From the NCBI GenBank assembly GCA_965214775.1, contig OZ243974.1, positions 1,024,001 to 1,088,000 on the forward strand: a stretch of 64,000 nt of DNA. The letters run 5' to 3'. Both the position numbers and the translations under genes were made by a program. This document shows positions 1 to 10,908 of this stretch, piece by piece; position 1 is the stretch's first letter; every line of letters begins with the position of its first letter. This DNA is from Nitrosopumilus sp. (GTDB taxonomy: Archaea; Thermoproteota; Nitrososphaeria; Nitrososphaerales; Nitrosopumilaceae). Below the pieces are notes generated by a model. It did not search any database. It saw only the letters and a list, made by a program, of their open reading frames with translations, and was not told the DNA's origin.

Positions 1-244
1 CCGGATTCGTCCACATACATAATCGGCATGTAATTACTGCTTTTACATTCCTGTTATTAATGTCAGGTTATTTTGGAAAGGTGAACAAATCCATAAAACC
101 ATGGTGGCGATTAAAGGCTCGTCAGCGCATATGGGCATGGAATATCGTCTGGATTAGGCGTGCAAAGGGAATAGAAATTCAGAAGTGTGCAGATTGAGTC
201 AAGCAGGGGGAATTAGGCGACAACCTCGATCCGATGCATGCAGT

Positions 245-1879
245 CTATCTGGATCTCCTCACATCAAGCACCGCGTCCACCGCGGGCCGATCCTGGCCGT
301 CGACCTCGATCCTGAGACTCTTCTGTCCCTCGGAGCGCGGCACGAACGTCATTCCCATGGTGCCGTCTGCGTCGGTCGTAATCGAGGCCTGCAACACATC
401 GTCAACGTATGCGCGTGCAAGCCTGTTGCGCATGGGAACCCCGTGTATGTCGTATAGGGTCACCGTGATGCTCTTTGGAACCCCGAGCTCGGTTACGGAT
501 ACGGTGTACGCGCCCTCCCGACGTGGCAGTGGTCCGGCCTCATATGGATCTGCAAATCCTGCCAGCCTGCTCTCGTATGCCTTCTTGCCGCCTGCCTGCG
601 GCCGCACCATCCGGCCGTCACCCGTGATTATCCTTTGAATGGCCTCCCTGATGGCGCTGACCTCGTCGTCTTCGGCACCTGCCTGCCCGGTCTTTTTGCC
701 ATGCGGCACCCTCTGTCTTTCTATCCTTATCTTCACGGGGTCTATCCCGTACAGCCGCGCCTGCCCCCTCCACATCTCAAGCAGCATCTCCTTTCTGTCC
801 ACTGATCCCGCCTTCTCCTCCGCGCCGGGGACAAGGAACACCAGGCTGCGCCCGTAGGCATCCCTCATGTCCGATACGAGCTCGTCGGAAAGCCTGTGCT
901 TGTTGGTCGTATACTTTGCCTCGATGTCGCCCTTGTGGCCCATGAAGAACTGGCGGTACGCGTGCGTCATCGCGCCCTTGCTTTCTGCAAGTAATAGCTG
1001 CGTGTCAAAGTACGCCCGCAGGACGTAGGGCCGCTCCTTGATAATCACTCCAAAGGCGTTTTTGATCCCCTTTGTAACCGTGATCGTTCTCAGGTGGGAC
1101 GTGTCATCGCTTGACTTTGTGCGGTACCCCTTTACGAACGTGATCACGGGCGAGTCGGGTCTTATCTTCTCGCCGCCTGCGATCCTCTCCCTGAGGTATC
1201 CCTGCAGGTACCTGCACCCTGCCTCGGGCAGGAACGTAAAGTACTGGTGTCCTGCCTTGCTCAGCGCCGGCCTTACCGTTATCCTGGCAGGCATCCGGGC
1301 AAATGAGATGTTCTGGCCGTCCACCTCCAGATCCGGGATGTCCCTTATGCGGAGGCCGTCCTCGCCGTGATGGTTGCCAAGCACCTGCGGCCGCACTCCG
1401 GCAAAGGCCATCATGGATATGGATACGCGCTCCCTTGCAGGCGCCGAGTCAAGCACGTCCTGGATTTTCTCGCGGGTCGGAATCTCCTCGTCTTCCAGCG
1501 TCACGGGAATGTCGGCGTTCTTGATCTTTATCCTCCGGACAAGCTTGACATAGTTGAATGCAAGCCAGGAGCGCAGCGCCTTGAGGATATCCTCGATGTA
1601 TGAGGGCGCATACTTTTTGCCCTCAAGAAGCGATACGTAATCCATCAGCATGTCCTCTACTTTCCTTACGTCGTCGACTCCGGCCTGCGCAAAGTCCCTG
1701 GGAGTGGTGTTTGTCCTCTCGCAGTACACGCCGAGCCTTCGCAGCCTTACCTCGGCTGTCGCCACGCTGCCCCTTGCGGTATTGTCGCACCATCTCTTGA
1801 CGTTGGGATCCTCAAGCAACTTTCTGTGACGTCCCCACGCCTTTTTTACGGTATCACTCATGATCTCTCCATTTTGCAA
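245..1879 (-). CDS. Tyrosine recombinase/integrase with a C-terminal Ig-like segment
   Basis: Catalytic motifs AGVRP, YVLRAYF, FMGH and KY; N-terminal core-binding region; last ~85 aa beta-rich and Ig-like. Confidence 0.85.
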   Translation of the reverse strand: MQNGEIMSDTVKKAWGRHRKLLEDPNVKRWCDNTARGSVATAEVRLRRLGVYCERTNTTPRDFAQAGVDDVRKVEDMLMDYVSLLEGKKYAPSYIEDILKALRSWLAFNYVKLVRRIKIKNADIPVTLEDEEIPTREKIQDVLDSAPARERVSISMMAFAGVRPQVLGNHHGEDGLRIRDIPDLEVDGQNISFARMPARITVRPALSKAGHQYFTFLPEAGCRYLQGYLRERIAGGEKIRPDSPVITFVKGYRTKSSDDTSHLRTITVTKGIKNAFGVIIKERPYVLRAYFDTQLLLAESKGAMTHAYRQFFMGHKGDIEAKYTTNKHRLSDELVSDMRDAYGRSLVFLVPGAEEKAGSVDRKEMLLEMWRGQARLYGIDPVKIRIERQRVPHGKKTGQAGAEDDEVSAIREAIQRIITGDGRMVRPQAGGKKAYESRLAGFADPYEAGPLPRREGAYTVSVTELGVPKSITVTLYDIHGVPMRNRLARAYVDDVLQASITTDADGTMGMTFVPRSEGQKSLRIEVDGQDRPAVDAVLDVRRSR

Positions 1880-1918
1880 CGGATTTTTTCGGTTTAAGGG
1901 GGGATTTCATCGCTTGAG

Positions 1919-2150
1919 ATGGGTGGACCGGAGCGCTTCCACAGGAGTATCGAGGAGGAGATATGGAACCACGAGAGCCTGTCTGCATATATCGGCTACA
2001 ACGAGGACATGCTGCACTGGTCGCTGGATATAGACAATTACGAGACGCCTCTGCGGGTATTCTGTGACAGGAAGGCCACGGATGCGATCAGAAAAAGTAA
2101 CCCAAAATGGATGGAGGATACCGGTGATGATGTGACATATTTTTCATATA
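1919..2150 (+). pseudogene. C-terminal remnant of an IS481/integrase-core transposase
   Basis: ERFHRSIEEE...YNE..LHWSL...TP resembles the rve C-terminus; no N-terminal part. Confidence 0.55.
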
Positions 2151-2151
2151 A

Positions 2152-2233
2152 TAGACCTTATGCGTAATCGGTTCAGATCTAGGATTGTTACGAACAAATT
2201 CATCTCAATCAGGTTGACTACGCATAAGGTCTA
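2152..2233. mobile_element. MITE family E copy (~80 bp, TA-flanked)
   Basis: TIR TAGACCTTATGCGTA / TACGCATAAGGTCTA; second copy at 53837-53918; half copy at ~22918-22962. Confidence 0.75.
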
Positions 2234-2296
2234 TTGTGAACTTGTCGAAAAACAAGAAACTGAGATCATCAATGCCATATCAAAAATTGGCGGGTA

Positions 2297-3031
2297 ATGG
2301 TGATTTGGACACCTGAGAAACGATTCGAAACCAGCAGACTCGGATCATGCACAAACGAACTTACGTCAAATCGATTAAAATGCCTGCAAATGACAAGTAT
2401 CTGCAAAATTACTTGGCAATGTATAAAAAATCCGGGCATTTGTACGGTCTCTGATCTCGAATCATGTCTCTGCGAACCAGCGTCGCATACGTTACCGTGC
2501 ATATGGGAGCCTTTGAAACGGAACAATTTTTACAAAGCTGGTGCAAGCACTGCCGTGATCGACGAGCTTCACAATCTGCAGATACTCGACTACTTTGAGG
2601 CCGCCATAAAGGGGTTCATAGTGGAGAGGTTTGCTGGCACGGACAAGTGGTGGGACCGGCATGTTCCCCCGGAGGTGCGCGAGGAGGCGTTGCAAAGACA
2701 CGCAGCCGCAAAAAAGCTCAATGACCTGCTGAACAAGCCGGAGTATGGCCCGGTCGAGTACCTGAACTTTGACGGCTATGAAAAGATAATATCCAGAAAG
2801 GACAACTGGAGGAGTCACTTTGAACCCGTCTTTCTTGACAAGACGGTATTCGTGTACAAGATGCGGATCATACAGTCGCTGAGAAATGACATACGGCACG
2901 GAAGGGATCTCGACCCAGTAAACTGGATCCGGCTAAAGCTTCACTGCTATGACATACTGGCACAGGTATACGAGTCGGGGTACGGGGGCGCAGACGATCA
3001 TAATACGCTGATGAAGAAGTTCGGGTTTTGA
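2297..3031 (+). CDS. Swt1-like HEPN domain protein (true start probably downstream; N-terminus may be degenerate)
   Basis: WW...P..V motif, YLNF...II...NW...F, and RNDIRH (RxxxxH). Confidence 0.65.
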   Translation: MVIWTPEKRFETSRLGSCTNELTSNRLKCLQMTSICKITWQCIKNPGICTVSDLESCLCEPASHTLPCIWEPLKRNNFYKAGASTAVIDELHNLQILDYFEAAIKGFIVERFAGTDKWWDRHVPPEVREEALQRHAAAKKLNDLLNKPEYGPVEYLNFDGYEKIISRKDNWRSHFEPVFLDKTVFVYKMRIIQSLRNDIRHGRDLDPVNWIRLKLHCYDILAQVYESGYGGADDHNTLMKKFGF

Positions 3032-3039
3032 GGCGCCGG

Positions 3040-3145
3040 ACGGCGGCGCAGATGCAATGCGTACAGTTGAAATCTGAACATTTTTTATCGAAACAGGCGC
3101 GATATGTCAATTATGATTCGTTTTTTTTTTTGACGTGTACATGTG
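3040..3145 (+). repeat. Degenerate dispersed repeat family F
   Basis: Similar to 22786-22905 (+) and 33205-33333 (-): CAGTTGAAA...AACAGGCRCGAT...TATGAT...TTTTTGAYGTGT. Confidence 0.55.
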
Positions 3146-3350
3146 GGCAGATCTTGGCCTCCTGGCTGCTGCCTGTTCTGGCAGATGGCGCCTCCTGGCT
3201 GCATCCCATCGGCAATCCGTCACTGCCGTGAATCTTATGAAAACGTGTTTTGTATTGATGCAAACAAACGGCTCCAGACGATCATGGAAATTTGCCCGGA
3301 TTGCCGGTTTTGGGATAAGTTGATTATAAACGTACTTTAAAGAATCCAAT

Positions 3351-3890
3351 ATGCGCGCCTTTGTTGCCATAGAAGTTGCCAATCAGCAAGTAATCGATTC
3401 AATTAAAAAGTTTCAGTCAGAGTTAAACATCAATGCAAGGCCGGTCGAACCAAAAAATTTTCACTTTACACTAGAGTTTTTAGGAGAGATTTCCGAGGAA
3501 ATGGCCCAAAGGGTTATTTCAGAATTAAGGACAGTTGAGTTCTCTAGTTTTGCAGTGGTCCTGAAAGGGGCAGGAGCTTTTCCAAAACCAGAATTTCCAA
3601 GGACAGTATGGATTGGAACCGAGGAATCAGGCCGAAGATCAATGACGGATCTGGCCAAAAAGGTGGAAGATGCGTTGGAGCCTCTGGGATTTTCATCAGA
3701 CAAACCGTTCAGACCACATTTGACAGTCTTTAGAATTAAAAAGAAGATCGGGGACATAACGGAGGAATTGAAAGAAAAGAGAGCCACAGATTTTGGAAAG
3801 ATGACAGTTGCAGGAATCAAATTAAAAAAAAGCGAATTGACTCCCGGTGGTCCAAACTATTCAGATTTGCTGGAGGTCAAAGCAGTTTGA
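3351..3890 (+). CDS. thpR: RNA 2',3'-cyclic phosphodiesterase (2H family)
   Basis: Two HxT motifs (HFTL, HLTV); MRAFVAI start; operon with cca. Confidence 0.92.
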   Translation: MRAFVAIEVANQQVIDSIKKFQSELNINARPVEPKNFHFTLEFLGEISEEMAQRVISELRTVEFSSFAVVLKGAGAFPKPEFPRTVWIGTEESGRRSMTDLAKKVEDALEPLGFSSDKPFRPHLTVFRIKKKIGDITEELKEKRATDFGKMTVAGIKLKKSELTPGGPNYSDLLEVKAV

Positions 3891-5221
3891 GGAAGATAGT
3901 ATTGCAGGCTGGCAAAACCGTAGTTCCGTCAAAATCCCAGACAAAATCAAAAGATCTCATTGCCAAGACTGCCTTCAAGCTTGTCAAAGAGAAGGCTGAA
4001 GAATTTCCCAAAGCGGTTTTAGGAATTGAATACGGGGGCTCGTATGCAAAGGGCACATGGCTTGCAGAGGATGCAGACATTGATATTTTCATCAGATTTA
4101 AAAAATCCACGCCAGAAGAAAAATTTGAAAAGGTTTCAAGAAAGATTGGGTTTGAGGCACTAGGGGAGTTTTCCCCATGCGTGAGATACTCTGAGCACCC
4201 ATACGTCGAGGCCAACATAAGAGATACCAAAATCAACGTGGTTCCATTCTATGATGTCAAGGTCGGACAGTGGAAAAGTTCTGCCGATAGAACGCCGTTT
4301 CATACAAGATTCATGAAAAAATCTTTGACTTTGAAGATGCAAAACGAGGTGAGGATTTTAAAGCAATTTTTCAAATCAAACGGAATTTATGGTGCCGAAA
4401 TCGCAAAGCAGGGCTTCAGCGGATATCTTTCGGAGGTCTTAATCCTGAATTACAAGACGTTTGAAAATGTCATCAAACAGATCTCAGAGATCAGGGAAAA
4501 CCAGGTTATTGGAAAGACCACAAAAAAATTTGACACCCCCATCGTCATCATAGATCCTGTCGACAGGAACAGGAATCTGGCTGCTGCAGTTTCTGAAGAG
4601 AACGTTGGAAGGTTTGTCCTGATTGCGCGCGCCTTTCAAGAAAAGCCTTCGTTGAAATTTTTCAGAGTCAGAAAGACCGCAATAACCAAAAAACATTGGA
4701 ATAATGTCCTGATAGTAAAATTTGCTTACAAGGAAAGGAGTCCCGATGTAATTTGGGGGCAAATCAACCGGGTAAAGGCCACGTTGGCCACCCAGCTGGA
4801 TCTTGCAGGATTTCACGTGGTAAGAAGCGGTTCGTTCTCCAATCAAAAAAGTGACGCCTTTTTGTTTTTCCTGTTAGAGAGGACAGAAATCTCAGAAACA
4901 TATCAGAAAGACGGGCCCGAATACTTTAGAAAAGACAGTGCAAGGGGCTTCATTTCAAAGAATCTGTCTAACACCGAACTGATGTGGGTCAGAAAGGACA
5001 GGAAGATAGTTTCGTTGGAAAAGAGAAAGTTTACCGGCGCAGAAAAATTTTTGGAAGATTTCCTGAAAAACAATCTTCAGACAGGCATCCCAAAGGGCCT
5101 TCAGAGCGATCTTGGGCGGGGATTTGAGATATCTACAGGAAGAAAGGGCTTTGACAAATCAATTAAAGAGGCAATCAATGAGATGATCTCGACTGATGGC
5201 GCAATCCTTTATTTCAATTAA
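3887..5221 (+). CDS. cca: Archaeal CCA-adding tRNA nucleotidyltransferase
   Basis: GGSYAKGTW..DADIDIF, SSADRTPFH, GFSGYL, DPVD..RN. Confidence 0.95.
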   Translation: MRKIVLQAGKTVVPSKSQTKSKDLIAKTAFKLVKEKAEEFPKAVLGIEYGGSYAKGTWLAEDADIDIFIRFKKSTPEEKFEKVSRKIGFEALGEFSPCVRYSEHPYVEANIRDTKINVVPFYDVKVGQWKSSADRTPFHTRFMKKSLTLKMQNEVRILKQFFKSNGIYGAEIAKQGFSGYLSEVLILNYKTFENVIKQISEIRENQVIGKTTKKFDTPIVIIDPVDRNRNLAAAVSEENVGRFVLIARAFQEKPSLKFFRVRKTAITKKHWNNVLIVKFAYKERSPDVIWGQINRVKATLATQLDLAGFHVVRSGSFSNQKSDAFLFFLLERTEISETYQKDGPEYFRKDSARGFISKNLSNTELMWVRKDRKIVSLEKRKFTGAEKFLEDFLKNNLQTGIPKGLQSDLGRGFEISTGRKGFDKSIKEAINEMISTDGAILYFN

Positions 5222-5957
5222 GAGATTTGTCAGCGAGCCATACTCTGATATTCTCGGATACCCAAAAGCTACGTCACGCCAGCTAAGGTCTAGAATTGCA
5301 GAGTTGGAAAAACTGAAAATAAAATCAATCTCTTTGGCAGGCCCCACAGCAATCGGCAAGACCGCAGTTCTTGGCAAGGGATACGCCGGAGTGGTAGTGC
5401 TTGCCAAAAGGGGAGGCAGGCAGGTTGCCCTAAAGATCAGAAGGACGGATTCGCAAAGGAATGAAATGGGGCAGGAGGCTGAATTTTTGAAGCTGGCAAA
5501 CACTGTCGGGGTTGGCCCAAGAATGATTGACTCTAGCAGAAATTTTCTCGTAATGGAGTATCTAGACGGGATAAAGATTAGCGAGTGGACAAGGCAGTTG
5601 TCAGGCGTTGGCATGTCTAAAAAGCTAAAAGCCGCAATCAGGAAAATTTTGGAGGACTGCTACAGGCTGGACATGCTGGGTTTGGATCACGGGGAACTGA
5701 GCAATATTTCAAAGCACGTCATTGTCGGAGATTCAAAGACGTCGCTGATTGATTTTGAAAGCTCAAGTATCGGGCGCAGGCCGTCAAATGTCACCTCAGC
5801 AACCCAGGCAATCTATATCGGCTCGGGAATTGCAAAAAACGTTCAAAAAATTTACAAAAACCCTCCAAAGAATGACATCATCCAAGCCTTGAAAAGTTAC
5901 AAGAAAGAAAAAACGGCGGAAAGTTTCGTAAATTTGCTAAAAATTCTGAAATTATGA
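5196..5957 (+). CDS. Ser/Thr protein kinase (RIO/Bud32-like)
   Basis: LGKGYAGVV, VALK, DHGELS, LIDFE. Confidence 0.85.
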   Translation: MAQSFISIKRFVSEPYSDILGYPKATSRQLRSRIAELEKLKIKSISLAGPTAIGKTAVLGKGYAGVVVLAKRGGRQVALKIRRTDSQRNEMGQEAEFLKLANTVGVGPRMIDSSRNFLVMEYLDGIKISEWTRQLSGVGMSKKLKAAIRKILEDCYRLDMLGLDHGELSNISKHVIVGDSKTSLIDFESSSIGRRPSNVTSATQAIYIGSGIAKNVQKIYKNPPKNDIIQALKSYKKEKTAESFVNLLKILKL

Positions 5958-6031
5958 TGGGATTGGCAGGATTTGAACCTGCGACCACTAGTCCCCCAGA
6001 CTAGTATCATACCAAGCTAGACGACAATCCC
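5958..6031 (-). tRNA. tRNA-Pro(GGG)
   Basis: Reverse complement folds as a cloverleaf: GGGATTG/CAATCCC acceptor, CTAGT-CTGGGGG-ACTAG anticodon arm, GGTTCAAATCC T-loop. Confidence 0.95.
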
Positions 6032-6413
6032 TGTGACAGAAAAAGAGGTTTAAATTATTAAATCGTTGTATTCTGAACTTGGGATGTGAAAATTTGTAAT
6101 GTTTGTCACAAGATTTCTGCAGTAGACCGGGATCATGCTGATTGCACGGTTCCAGTTTACAAAGCGGCATCTTGCACACGTGAATATCCGGAACAGGGTG
6201 TGCCAGACGGGAACGATGACCGGGGTAACGAGGTGTCAAGGCTGTAAAAGTGAACGGGCATCTATCACGTTTACTACGTCATGGCCTGTCGCCTCCCGGG
6301 AGGACAATGTTATGTGGAGGACAATGGACGCGCTGGCAGGAAACCCCCTCTAGTGACTATCTCATCAGCCCCCAGCCAATAGCTTGTATTTATACCAACG
6401 AGATAATCCAGTC

Positions 6414-6641
6414 GTAAGAGTTTACCCCTCAGGCGACACTGCTGGCCGGGGCCTTCATGGTCACGCCTGTCACGTCGTATCTTGAGGGAGGGGTAAACTC
6501 TTACGAGTCAAAGTAGGTCTAACTGCACGTAAAAAACCTCAATTATTTCTGCTCGTTTCTATAGCATGCGGATCTGCAGGTGACCTAAACTGAATTGCAT
6601 CAAATTTGGAGCCATCTTACGGGGAACTTCTGGGAAGACTG
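6414..6641. mobile_element. Abutting MITE cluster: family C (6414-6504), right part of family A (6505-6563), right part of family G (~6566-6641)
   Basis: Each segment matches full copies elsewhere in the window. Confidence 0.7.
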
Positions 6642-6699
6642 TCTTGAGCCATTGGATTTTATTGACTAGGTGATCTCAAAGTAGCTGATATCACAATGC

Positions 6700-7242
6700 C
6701 CACACCCAGAAAAACTCCTCCATGCCGTCATAAATCACCGTCAAATGTTGCGGCCAAGTGGTATTGCGTCACGCGGATCCTCGGGCTCGTGAGCTCTGCA
6801 GGCAGCGCGTGCCTGATGTGCAGCTTGCACCGGTTTCCGACATCGCTGCTGTATGCATCGTCCTCCCAGAACAGGGGCCTGTCCCTGTCGGCCATGACTG
6901 CCTCTGTAAAGCGCTCCAGTATGGTATCCTAAATGACTCTCTTGTGCACCCCGTGACGCTGCAAAGGTGCACCGGGTCGCCGATTATGCCATCTGCAAGC
7001 TCGATTGCGTGCATCTGCAGTGCCCGGTCGCCGCGCATGATTCTTTCTGTCTTGTTTTCTTCGGACTGCCACAGTGAGCCCTCAAACGCAAGCCTGCTCT
7101 TTAGCTGCTCGCTTTGCTTGGAGAACTGTCTGCTTTGTTCTACCAGACTCTTGTTTTGCTCTTGCAGTGTTTGGACAAGCTCGACATCTGAACCCATATC
7201 GTCAGATAACCATTGTTGATCTTTAGGGTTGTAGGTATGCAA
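6700..7242 (-). pseudogene. Probable frameshifted hypothetical protein with N-terminal coiled coil
   Basis: Coiled-coil-like stretch followed by loss of protein-like sequence. Confidence 0.3.
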
Positions 7243-7299
7243 ACCATGATCTGCTGTGTTATATTTTTAGATCAGATGTGCCAATTACGCAAAATCTAT

Positions 7300-7618
7300 T
7301 ACGTGTGGAAGGCAAACCGTGAATGTATGCTTTAGAATTGACCCGGAATCATTTAATGTCAAAAACAATGAAATTCGGATGATCAGGGGATTTTTCTATC
7401 CGCAGTCCACTGAAAGAAGAATTCAATTAACAAATGAAAACATTTTGCCATATATGGTCCTAGGGCAAGACAGCATATTCAGAAGATTCAGCATAAGATT
7501 CATGGAAAGACAGCTAAGTGAAAAGTACCTTGAAATCGAGCAAAAACAGAAACTGGGCAGGAGGCACGGCGCCTCAATAGCAAGGCAAAACAACAAATCT
7601 CGTTTACTTTTCACTTAG
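7300..7618 (+). pseudogene. Chimeric remnant: paralog of the C-terminal domain of 10909-13032 joined to a retropepsin-like C-terminus
   Basis: TCGRQTVNVCFRIDPESF...GFFYPQSTERRI aligns with TCGKTTANVIFRINQNSF...GWFFPRGTERRI; followed by VLGQD.IF..F.I.F. Confidence 0.55.
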
Positions 7619-7709
7619 CTGAAAGAGCAGAAAAAATTATACTAAAGAGTCTAAAACTGCCTGAAATTCGTTATCTGTAATTTGCCGTGTTGCATAACTG
7701 AGCAGCCCT

Positions 7710-7848
7710 GAGAGGTGATCCGAAATTAAAAGCCGTACGAATTTTTCAAGTAATTTCACAGATAACCTGTATTTTGTTGATGTTTTGAGCTGTCTTGTGC
7801 AAATTCATTCACAAATAATCAGAGTCTGCTAATTTCGAATCAACTCTC
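7710..7848 (+). mobile_element. MITE family D copy (~139 bp)
   Basis: Imperfect TIR GAGAGGTGATCCGAAATT / AATTTCGAATCAACTCTC; copies at 46999-47137 (-) and 55122-55259 (+). Confidence 0.75.
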
Positions 7849-7865
7849 TGCAGACGGCTTGCTGC

Positions 7866-8110
7866 AGGTTCTACGGCAGGGCCAACACGGACTCGTTTGT
7901 AGACTCTTTCGGTGCTTCAAGACAGGCATGACCGGGTGCTGCTGCTCTTCGTTGACAACGCGGCATGCCACAAGCCAGAGGCCGATGATTGAGAGGTTGG
8001 TAGGATATGACGGTAACGTGACAATCAAATACACTCACATACATGCCGGAGTCCAGTCCCGTAGAGGCGCAGTGACACATGATCAAAAGGGCCACGAGCA
8101 AACAAACATG
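7866..8110 (+). pseudogene. IS630-family transposase remnant
   Basis: Frameshifted pieces encode VDNAACHK and TYMPESSPVEAQ*, matching the DNAxxH and PxYSPELNPIE motifs. Confidence 0.65.
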
Positions 8111-8401
8111 ATAGTGGTTGGAGACAGTAGTACGGCAGTACGGCAGGGGCATCCAAAATGAGCGCTTGGCTGACACAGCAACGACATTCAAAGAAGAAGA
8201 ATGGAGGAGCTTGAGATGAATAAACAAAAGGTAGTCCTTAAGAAAAAGGTTCTGTGTAAGATTGGTGACCTAGAATGTGGACGCTTCCGAGATCGGCTTG
8301 ATAAGACAGGAGTATTCTAGGTTATGTGCAATCTTCGACACCTGGAATACGGATCTTCTCCGGATTGGAACGGTGGCGTTCTGGACACGATGCGTTATGT
8401 T

Positions 8402-9483
8402 CTATTTTTTTGCCGATTTTTCACGATGGCATCCCTTACAAAGCATCTGACAGTTTTCTGCGGTTGTTCTTCCGCCCTCGACCCAAGGTATAATGTGATC
8501 TGCCTCCATCTCAGATATGGCAAAACGTTTGCCACAATGCTTACAACTACCATTCTGTAATGTGCAGGCTTTCTGCTTCATATCTTCCGTAAATGCACGG
8601 ATTGAGAGGTTTCTTTCATCCCGTGTGAGGATATACGGATAAATCCCACTCTTCTTGGTAACATCGTCATCCAGAATCAATCTTTGTGTCTCATCCTCAA
8701 TCTCATCGGTGTCCAGCTGAGCATCCTTGTATCTATCATACAGGGCCCCCCAATCTACACTTTTCATATAACTTCTTTTTATCTTGAAGGTAGTTTTGAC
8801 CCAGTTGATCACAGCTTGGAAATAATTCCACAGTATGTTGGCATTCTGATCATCCTGATGTTTTCCCATGTACTCTTCTATTTCATCCTTTGAAATCCAT
8901 CTTATGGCAGTCTCAAGGTATTCCTGACGTATGGGAGTACCGCTCATATAATCACTGGCAAGTTCATAGGCAGCACACCCTCTTTTGCTGAAGTAGCGCT
9001 TGGCATCAGAGACCCACGTTCCGGAATAAACGGCGTTTCTAAGCTCCTGTGGTGTGAGTTCTTCTCCTGCAATGTTGATTGTCTTGAACCACTGCAATCT
9101 CTCACTATCTGTTCCACTGCACAGGTAAATCATCAACTCGTAATCAAGGATTTCTTTCTGCTGATCATCCGGCAAATTATGAAAAAAGAGTGACTTGTAT
9201 GAAAAGTGCTTACTGACATACTGGCAGACAGAAATGGTTCTTTGTTGCCCGTCAATTATCTCAAAGTTTCCATCATCACGTACAGACCAGTACATGACGT
9301 TCAGTGGGAATCTCTTTGTGACGGTATCGATTACAGCGTCGCGTTGCGCATCTTTGTAAATGAACTCGCGCTGGTAAGGTGGCCGGATATCTAGCTTGCC
9401 CCCATAGCCCTTGACCCCATTCTCCGCGTTGTCTACATAGCCCTTAGACAGCTCCCTGATGGTAATTTTTTTGAGTTCTATGT

Positions 9484-9487
<4 letters not shown>
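8402..9487 (-). CDS. DUF262 (ParB-like/GmrS) plus HNH endonuclease
   Basis: PPYQREF, IIDGQQRT, F..IN..G; C-terminal CKHC..EADHIIPW.EGG...NCQMLCKGCH; ATGA overlap with the MTase stop. Confidence 0.88.
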
Positions 9488-10651
<1,164 letters not shown>

Positions 10652-10694
10652 AAATTGCCGTATCGTGTCTGTCATTTTATTCTTACCCTTCACC

Positions 10695-10812
10695 CAGTCT
10701 ACCCAAGAGTAACCCAAAAAGCGGCTCCAAACCGAAACAGCTCAAGACAAGCTACCTGCAGATCCGCAGACGGTTGTATGTACCGCCATGAGTTGGTTAC
10801 TTCTGAAGACCG
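10695..10812 (-). mobile_element. MITE family G copy (~120 bp)
   Basis: Consensus TIR CAGTCTTCCCAGAA / TTCTGGGAAGACTG, core GCGGATCTGCA; copies at 13076-13190, 49876-49995, 57703-57826 and a partial at 6566-6641. Confidence 0.7.
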
Positions 10813-10908
10813 AGATTCGTGCCCAGTCAGTTAGTGGGTGGATGTAACCTCGTACGCAAAAAGTTGCAAAACTTATGCCGACAATATTATGCCAAGATCA
10901 TGTACTTG

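Noticed and set aside
5958-6031. tRNA-Pro as the attachment site of the integrase
   Set aside because: No duplicated tRNA 3' segment was found in the window, and core genes separate the two
7859-8161. IS91-like transposase (RLVGYDGNVTIKY)
   Set aside because: Neighbouring frames give DNAxxH and PxYxPExxPxE motifs, which fit IS630 better
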